Shown: piece after piece, positions 5,977-11,887 of the stretch
How the letters are laid out: each line of letters opens with the position of its first letter
How positions within the stretch are numbered: position 1 is the first letter of the stretch
Assembly: GCA_043803685.1 (NCBI GenBank)
Contig: JAZDJU010000097.1
Location: 1 to 11,887, forward strand
DNA from: Candidatus Omnitrophota bacterium
GTDB lineage: Bacteria > Omnitrophota > Omnitrophia > Omnitrophales > Aquincolibacteriaceae
Length of the DNA: 11,887 bases
Direction: 5' to 3'
Notes under the pieces: generated by a model
Databases searched by the model: none
Told to the model about the DNA's origin: nothing
What the model saw: only the letters and a program-made list of their open reading frames with translations
Position numbers and translations under genes: made by a program

Positions 5977-6963
5977 ATGATAAAGCCATACGGAATGAAG
6001 TTTAAGCTAGAATCATCCACGAAAAGGTTCACAGGCCTGCTCCTCATGATCCCCCTAGGGCTCCTCCTTGGCATACCCTCGGCACCTGCCCAGGAGACCC
6101 AGGATCCAAAAACATTCCAGGAGAACCCCCAAGCCACTGTCGCGGCAACCCCGGTACCCGATTCTGAAAAAGCTTTGGCCCAGGCGTTAGACACCTTTGA
6201 AGCGAGTAACTCCGTCGACTTTTTGATGGAGAAACCTCCGATGACCCAAAGCACCTCCCCGAGCGCTGCTTCGCCGACCTTGGTGCCTCCGATGTCTCAA
6301 CAGCTGAACCCTGGGACTGTCACACTTCAGGTTTTGCAAGGCCTCCCGTTCCAAAGAACGGATGAGGTAGCGATGCTGGTTTCAGAAAAGTGCTCCCAGA
6401 CCGGTACCGCGACCGACGGAACGAACTCTTGTTCAAGAGTCTACTCGAATGGCCACCATGCCACCATTCTGACCCAGAATGCGAACGAAGGCGATGAATT
6501 AAAACAGCAGACGGTCATTGAAGAATTTGATAGCGACCAAACCCTCCTTTTCAGAAAGACCATTCGCCACCGCCTCGATTATAACTATTGGAATGACCAA
6601 AAGGCCAAAGAAAAGGAATTTTTTGACATCATCGATCAGCCGGCCGGCAAGAAAACCACCCGGGAGTTCATGGTCTACGAGTATTTCCTCGATACCGGGA
6701 AAACAAAATCTCTTTCCTGGACCCAGTACCAGCAGGTGGGGAACGAACCCAAAGCCGAGTTGACCTATCACGCCATGTTACGTTACGGCGATGACGGAAG
6801 CCCGGACCGAGGTATCGCGGAACAATGGGCCCAGGGGAAGAAGACCGAAACCTTCATGAACTGGAGCCGTCGATCCAAAGGTTTCGCAACGTTGGATGAA
6901 ACGAATTGGGGACAATGGGAAAGCTGGATCCAGAACGTTTCCCTGCAAGCCTACCTTCCTTAA
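5977..6963 (+). CDS. Secreted hypothetical protein, 328 aa
   Basis: Long ORF with GAGGGT just upstream; an alternative in-frame ATG is at 5995. The N-terminus is basic, then hydrophobic (FTGLLLMIPLGLLLGIPSAPA|Q), consistent with a signal peptide. A P/S/T/Q-rich linker follows, then a Cys pair and a hydrophilic, aromatic-rich domain. The gene is followed by a terminator. No family recognised. Confidence 0.8.
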   Translation: MIKPYGMKFKLESSTKRFTGLLLMIPLGLLLGIPSAPAQETQDPKTFQENPQATVAATPVPDSEKALAQALDTFEASNSVDFLMEKPPMTQSTSPSAASPTLVPPMSQQLNPGTVTLQVLQGLPFQRTDEVAMLVSEKCSQTGTATDGTNSCSRVYSNGHHATILTQNANEGDELKQQTVIEEFDSDQTLLFRKTIRHRLDYNYWNDQKAKEKEFFDIIDQPAGKKTTREFMVYEYFLDTGKTKSLSWTQYQQVGNEPKAELTYHAMLRYGDDGSPDRGIAEQWAQGKKTETFMNWSRRSKGFATLDETNWGQWESWIQNVSLQAYLP

Positions 6964-6981
6964 GGTTCAGCTTGATCCCAT

Positions 6982-7026
6982 AAAAAAAACACCCGGTAAT
7001 GCCCTAAGGCGCTACCGGGTGTTTTT
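6982..7026. terminator. Bidirectional rho-independent terminator between convergent genes
   Basis: AAAAACACCCGGTA (6985-6998) is the exact reverse complement of TACCGGGTGTTTTT (7013-7026). There is a 5-T tract on the plus strand and an 8-T tract on the minus strand. It lies between the stop codons at 6963 and 7052. Confidence 0.92.
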
Positions 7027-7051
7027 ACCACACCAAAAGCTTGCTTCTTCT

Positions 7052-10000
7052 TTACCTCGCCCTAGCCTCGGAACCCACACCGGCCGGCACAGCGGCTGAA
7101 CCCGTTCCAGCATTCGCAGCTTCATTCTGCTCGATCGGTGACGGCATCGTCTGGACTTGCTGACGCACACTCTGTGAGATCGGGCTCACAGGGAATGGAG
7201 GGTTGTGATTCGCGCTAGAATCTTGAACAGGCGTTTGCGCGGAAACAGGCTCTAAAACCGAAGGAGCCGCGGCATCGCTCCCACGCCCCGGAGCCACATA
7301 AACCGGTCCTGGGACCTGTTCCTGAGGAGGCTGAACCGCCGGAGGCGTTGCGAGCCCCGGAAGGGGCGCTGTGAGAGGCGGACGCTCGGACTCGGGAACC
7401 GGGACAGGCGCCGGAGTGGGCAGCGGTAGCGGCGCCACAGGCGGCAATATCCCAAGGCCTTCGATCGGCAACACATCGATCCCCGCGGTATTGATACTCG
7501 TAACAGGCGCGAACGCGAAACGGTTCTGATCAAAGAACGCCGGGAAATCCGCCGCGTAACGGCCGTCAAAATACCCATACGCCGGCAAGCTGACCGGGTT
7601 CGGATTGTAGTAAAGACTTGAGACAGCGCTCTCAAAAAGAGGCGCGTCATCCCCGCCGAACACGATCCCGTTAAAAGAAACCAATCCCGGAGGCGTGTTC
7701 AGGAGCTGAACGCTGGCTCGTGTAAAGTTACCCCGGATGTTCGCGGACAAAACGCCCTGCTGTCCGTGAGCTTCGAGGAAAAGATTGCCCGCGTGGTTGA
7801 GCTGGGTCTGGATGTGGTTGGAAGCGGTCCCGATGACGCCCCCGGCGATCAGCCGGATCACGTCTTTGGCGATCACGCGTGTCGAACCGCCACCCTGTGA
7901 AAAGATCGAGCCTCCGGCCATCAAGCTATTCTGACCGTGCCCCGCGAAAGCGTGTCCGAGAAGGATATTCCCCGTGGATTCGAACTGGATCGACCCGTCC
8001 GTGGAATCCGCGTTGAGCAGGGCATCGCCCGTATTCACAATGTGGATGTCGGTGCCTGCAATTAAATTCTGGACCGGCGCGTTGGTCTCGATCGGATTGA
8101 CACGAAGAAGTCCGATGTCTTTGCCGGCCGTACCGTTCCAGGTTGCGGCAAAGATATTATTCAGTTGCGGCACGGCTGTCGCAAGATCGGCATCCAGGGT
8201 CGAGCCATTCCGCGAAAAGGTCGTCACATCCCCGCGAACGCCGTCGGTGATATCCCCCTTACCGCTGCCACCATCCGCGTGCAAAAGCCCCACGGTAAAA
8301 TCATTTTGCGCATCCGCCAGAATATCACCGTCTTCGGTTGCTACTGTGGAGGTCGCCGTCATCGTGAGATTCGCACCGGTGTCTCCCGCCGCTCCGCCCG
8401 GACCGACTAAAGTCGCCGCAGGCTCATTGGCCGCTTTGCCCGTCGCGTCATACCCGGCGCCCAGGATCACATTCCCTGTTCCTGAGACAACGCCATTCCC
8501 GGCCGTGCTCACGGTGATCGCCTTCCCCGTGGCCAGGCTGTCAAAGGTCATACTACTTCCGGAAACCATCCGGATATTCCCATTGCCGCCCTCGGTACGA
8601 ACGTCATTATTGACCGCCATCGTATCCACACCTGCGATTGTTCCAAGCGCGTAGAGCGAAATATCTCCCCCCGCATAGTTCGTCACGGCACTGGAGATGG
8701 TCATGGGACTTGCGGATGTGATAAATACAAATCCCGCGGGATCAGTGGCGGCAGTATCCTGGATCGTCACCCCGGTCACGGTCCCCACCCCGGAGAATCC
8801 GAGCGAAGTCGTTAAGGTCGGATCCGTCAGCGTCGTGATATCAAGCGCCCCTGTATTAAAGATCTGAATATCCCCGGAATCGGTCTCTGCGGCTAGCTGT
8901 CCGCCCTTGGTTTCGATCCCCTGGTTCGCGGCAGGCGAAGCAAGCGTCGTGCTGCCGATCCCCGTTTTCGCGCTGATCAACATTCCACCAGCAGCTCCGG
9001 TTTCAATATTGTAAACATCGGTATCCCCCTGATCGATCAAAGCCCCATTCCGGCTCACGATCGTCACGGCATCGCTTCCGTTACTGGTGGTCTTGACCGC
9101 GGTAAGAAGAATGTCTCCGTCCGCGTCCAGGTCAATACGCCCGGTCCCCGCGTCCAGAACCGTACCGTCCGTGCCTGTATCGGTCATTTGAATGCCGTCC
9201 GTGGCGTCCACCGCAATGTCACCGCTCGCGCTGGTCACATCCCCCTTTTCGCTGAAACGGACATCATTTTCAGAATCAAGATTGATGGTTCCGGTCGTTG
9301 ACGTCACCGTGTTATTGATCACCAGATGACTTGTCCCAACGAGTGACTGATCCTGAGCAAACAAACGAAGATTCCCGGAAGTCGCCGAAACTCCGCCGAG
9401 CGTCCCCGTCAAGAGCGCCGCCCCTAGCACCGTAAGCGTTCCGTCTCTCGTGAGGATATGAAGCGCTCCGGGCCCCGACTGAGTTGCCTGGATCACATCC
9501 AGATCGCCCCCGGCATTGGTTTCCCGGATCCTCACATCCCCGGAAGTCGTATTGGTGAGCTTCAGAGCCTTGATCTTGGTTTCGATGCCACCGACACTGC
9601 CGATACCCGTCACTGCCGTCAGAGTTGTTTGTCCGTTCTTGGCAGTGATATTGGGTCCCACTCCCGCATCGATCACGGCCCCACCGGCGTTGATATCCAC
9701 CGCGTCAAAAGCATCCGAGCTGCTGAGAAGATTCGTGGAAAGCGAGCTTGTCGTAATGACTTTTCCAAGCGTCACATCCCCGGTGACGGCATCAATATCA
9801 ATGCCGCCTTGAACTCCGCCTCCGTTAGCATCAAAAACCGTCCCGCTTGCCATCGTCACGTTCCGCTGAGCGCTCACTTCGATCTCCGCGCCGCCTGTAG
9901 CCGTCACGTCACCATCCGCGCTAAACACCGCATCTCGCGACGTGGAATCAAGATGGATCTTACCGGTCGTGCTGGTCACTGTATTATTTACGATCAGATC

Positions 10001-11887
10001 ATCCGTTCCCGAGCCTCCGGCATCCTGCGCCGAAAGAGTCACGGCTCCGTTTTTGGCGGAAACACCGGATCCGCCCGAAAGACCCGCGACCACGGTAAGC
10101 ATTCCGTCCAATGTCCGGATATCAAGATCCCCGGAACCCTGCTGATCCGCGCGCAAAAGATCCAAATTGCCCCCCGCCGCGACCTGATCAACCTCCAGAT
10201 GCCGGGTATTGTGGTTCACAGCATCCAAAGTCTTCACCGCCACCTCAATGGCATCCTTGGTATTACTGCCATCCACCCCGATCCCTTTTTGAGCTTCCAG
10301 AACAAGATCATCCCCCGTGATGTTCAAAGTCGCCCCGTTATTGTCTTCGATGCGGCCTGTACGAGCATAAACTGTGACATCACCTTTGACACCCGAAGCG
10401 TTACTATCCGCGTTCACTTCACTGATTTTAATATTCCGGGCAGAATCGACGAGAATATCGCCGTCCTGACTCCGGACCGCGCTGCTGCTGTTCATCACGA
10501 TATCGCCGTTCGCATTGCCGTTTTGATTCAGCATAGCGTCCGTATAATCTTCACCGGAAACCACCTTGACCGCGCCGCTCCCCGCAGCAGTGACCCTGGA
10601 ATTGTTTTTGAGCGAAACGTCATTGCCCGCGACCACGAGAATATTCCCGTTGCCGCCCGTCGCATTCACCTGGACGGCATTATTAACCGTCAGATTGTCG
10701 GCCGTTGTTGTCCCAAGAGCCGCTAGCGTAATGTCACCGCCAAGGCTATCCACGATATTCGAAGCGATCGTCAGAGGGCTCCCGGAAAAGATCATGGTCC
10801 CTGCCTTGGAGTTCACACCAGCGATAAAACCACCGGCGAACCCGCCGATCGTGAGACCAAAGCCGGTCATAGCTTTATTCGCGAGAAAAACACCGCCTGT
10901 GCCGCCTTCAATGGCCGCCTTACCGTCCCCCGCGACCCCGCCATAATCGGAAAGACGGGTTTCGATCGCGTTCGTCGCGGTGCCAAAACCTGTTCCTGTT
11001 TTGACATTGAGACCCCCGGCCGTGATATTCCACGTCGCGCCGTTGAACTCCCCGAAAAGAGTATCGTTCGAATCCGTCAACTGACCGGAAGTGCTGAAAT
11101 TAAAAGTCCCCGTCCCCACATCGACCTGACCGAGAGGACAATCCCCGATGCAGTTGACGAAAATGTCCCCGCCGTTGGGAACACTGGCGTTCCAGCTCCC
11201 GGTCGCGGTATTGGTGATCTGGAGATCCAGATAACTGGAACTCAGGCCCAGCGCGTCACTGGGCGAGGCAACATTGGAAGTCAGATAAATATTTTTACCG
11301 ATCACATCCGCCACAGGCGCCGCGTCATCGGTCGGAGCACCTTCACGGATATATCCGGTCGCCGTAAGTCTCGCGTCACCGGCCCCCGCGTTCACAGCCT
11401 TGTCGAGCGTAAGATCTCCGCCGCTTGTGAGTGTAATATCGTTATTGGTCGAATTGATCCCATTCGTGCCGTTCACCGTGCCGACCGAAAGAGAATCCTG
11501 GTCCTTGAGAACGATAGCTCCATTCGAAGTCCCCGCCACCGTATCAAAATCATTGTTGGCCGAATCAAGGGTCACGGTCGTGCCTGCATTGAACTTCAAT
11601 CCCGCCGCTGTCACGTTCCCGCTATCGGAGAGGGACGTCCCCGTGGTCACATCCAGATTTCCGGTCACGGTCGAAGCGCCAAGATCCAGCGCGTCCGTAT
11701 CCTTCAGCACCACATTGTTCCCGCTCGTGATCGCCACCGTGCTGAAATTGTTATTATTATCGAGTGTGATGTCGTTGGCGGCTCCCGCGGCAAGTGTCGC
11801 CGTCCCCGTCACCGCAAGATTCCCGCTGTCCGTGATCGCGCCGTTCGCCGTCACACCCAGCGTCCCGCTCACCGTCGAAGCGCCAAG
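7052..11887 (-). CDS. Very large repeat-rich filamentous-hemagglutinin-like (probable beta-helical) surface protein, C-terminal 1611 aa; the 5' end lies beyond the right edge
   Basis: The frame is open to the window edge (11887 begins CTT GGC GCT TCG ACG GTG = LGASTV), so the ORF-track start at 11872 is an internal GTG. The protein is G/A/T/S/N/D/V-rich, with short strand-turn repeats (GDITL, GNI, GDVT), recurring GIG...IET anchors and a Pro-rich tail. Confidence 0.88.
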   Translation of the reverse strand, partial: LGASTVSGTLGVTANGAITDSGNLAVTGTATLAAGAANDITLDNNNNFSTVAITSGNNVVLKDTDALDLGASTVTGNLDVTTGTSLSDSGNVTAAGLKFNAGTTVTLDSANNDFDTVAGTSNGAIVLKDQDSLSVGTVNGTNGINSTNNDITLTSGGDLTLDKAVNAGAGDARLTATGYIREGAPTDDAAPVADVIGKNIYLTSNVASPSDALGLSSSYLDLQITNTATGSWNASVPNGGDIFVNCIGDCPLGQVDVGTGTFNFSTSGQLTDSNDTLFGEFNGATWNITAGGLNVKTGTGFGTATNAIETRLSDYGGVAGDGKAAIEGGTGGVFLANKAMTGFGLTIGGFAGGFIAGVNSKAGTMIFSGSPLTIASNIVDSLGGDITLAALGTTTADNLTVNNAVQVNATGGNGNILVVAGNDVSLKNNSRVTAAGSGAVKVVSGEDYTDAMLNQNGNANGDIVMNSSSAVRSQDGDILVDSARNIKISEVNADSNASGVKGDVTVYARTGRIEDNNGATLNITGDDLVLEAQKGIGVDGSNTKDAIEVAVKTLDAVNHNTRHLEVDQVAAGGNLDLLRADQQGSGDLDIRTLDGMLTVVAGLSGGSGVSAKNGAVTLSAQDAGGSGTDDLIVNNTVTSTTGKIHLDSTSRDAVFSADGDVTATGGAEIEVSAQRNVTMASGTVFDANGGGVQGGIDIDAVTGDVTLGKVITTSSLSTNLLSSSDAFDAVDINAGGAVIDAGVGPNITAKNGQTTLTAVTGIGSVGGIETKIKALKLTNTTSGDVRIRETNAGGDLDVIQATQSGPGALHILTRDGTLTVLGAALLTGTLGGVSATSGNLRLFAQDQSLVGTSHLVINNTVTSTTGTINLDSENDVRFSEKGDVTSASGDIAVDATDGIQMTDTGTDGTVLDAGTGRIDLDADGDILLTAVKTTSNGSDAVTIVSRNGALIDQGDTDVYNIETGAAGGMLISAKTGIGSTTLASPAANQGIETKGGQLAAETDSGDIQIFNTGALDITTLTDPTLTTSLGFSGVGTVTGVTIQDTAATDPAGFVFITSASPMTISSAVTNYAGGDISLYALGTIAGVDTMAVNNDVRTEGGNGNIRMVSGSSMTFDSLATGKAITVSTAGNGVVSGTGNVILGAGYDATGKAANEPAATLVGPGGAAGDTGANLTMTATSTVATEDGDILADAQNDFTVGLLHADGGSGKGDITDGVRGDVTTFSRNGSTLDADLATAVPQLNNIFAATWNGTAGKDIGLLRVNPIETNAPVQNLIAGTDIHIVNTGDALLNADSTDGSIQFESTGNILLGHAFAGHGQNSLMAGGSIFSQGGGSTRVIAKDVIRLIAGGVIGTASNHIQTQLNHAGNLFLEAHGQQGVLSANIRGNFTRASVQLLNTPPGLVSFNGIVFGGDDAPLFESAVSSLYYNPNPVSLPAYGYFDGRYAADFPAFFDQNRFAFAPVTSINTAGIDVLPIEGLGILPPVAPLPLPTPAPVPVPESERPPLTAPLPGLATPPAVQPPQEQVPGPVYVAPGRGSDAAAPSVLEPVSAQTPVQDSSANHNPPFPVSPISQSVRQQVQTMPSPIEQNEAANAGTGSAAVPAGVGSEARAR
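11670..11887 (-). repeat. Intragenic tandem repeat of about 68 aa (204 nt) in the giant protein
   Basis: GTCGAAGCGCCAAG occurs at 11670-11683 and 11874-11887, 204 nt apart. The protein units are LGASTVSGTL...DSGNL...ITLDNNNNFSTV...VVLKDTDALD and LGASTVTGNL...DSGNV...VTLDSANNDFDTV...IVLKDQDSLS. Confidence 0.8.

Noticed and set aside
5889..6254. Minus-strand 121-aa ORF
   Set aside because: It is mostly antisense to the secreted protein gene and runs into the AT-rich promoter region. It has no motifs.
8228..8236. RGD integrin-binding motif in the giant protein (GVRGDVT)
   Set aside because: The equivalent position in the sister repeat is GVKGDVT, so it looks like a structural turn of the repeat.
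9458..10726. Plus-strand 422-aa ORF, and the 226-aa ORF at 7974-8654
   Set aside because: Both are antisense to the giant protein, and their composition is what its codon bias would produce on the opposite strand.
11870..11872. GTG start of the 1606-aa ORF
   Set aside because: It is an internal Val codon within a repeat unit; the frame stays open to the window edge.

Overview
This is a bacterial chromosomal window with six real coding regions, two of them cut by the window edges. On the minus strand, in transcription order from 5660 down, are: a REC-PAS-GGDEF(degenerate)-EAL c-di-GMP phosphodiesterase; an inverted pair of REP-like palindromes; a cytoplasmic GH13 alpha-amylase-family hydrolase; a secreted modular fibre-like protein (TTFYPAPYG motif, GNVGIGT shaft module, glycine-rich tip) with its own near-consensus sigma70 promoter; and the 5' end of glycogen phosphorylase, which the ORF track misses. 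An AT-rich divergent promoter region precedes an unknown secreted 328-aa protein on the plus strand. That gene converges, through a bidirectional terminator, on the 3' 4.8 kb of a very large repeat-rich filamentous-hemagglutinin-like protein with a Pro-rich tail. The surface-protein motifs suggest Omnitrophota (OP3) or a relative; this is an inference from remembered motifs, not a search result. No tRNA, rRNA, CRISPR array or transposase was seen. The best leads are the modular fibre gene sitting between two alpha-glucan genes, the repeat architecture and C-terminus of the giant protein, and the orphan secreted protein.
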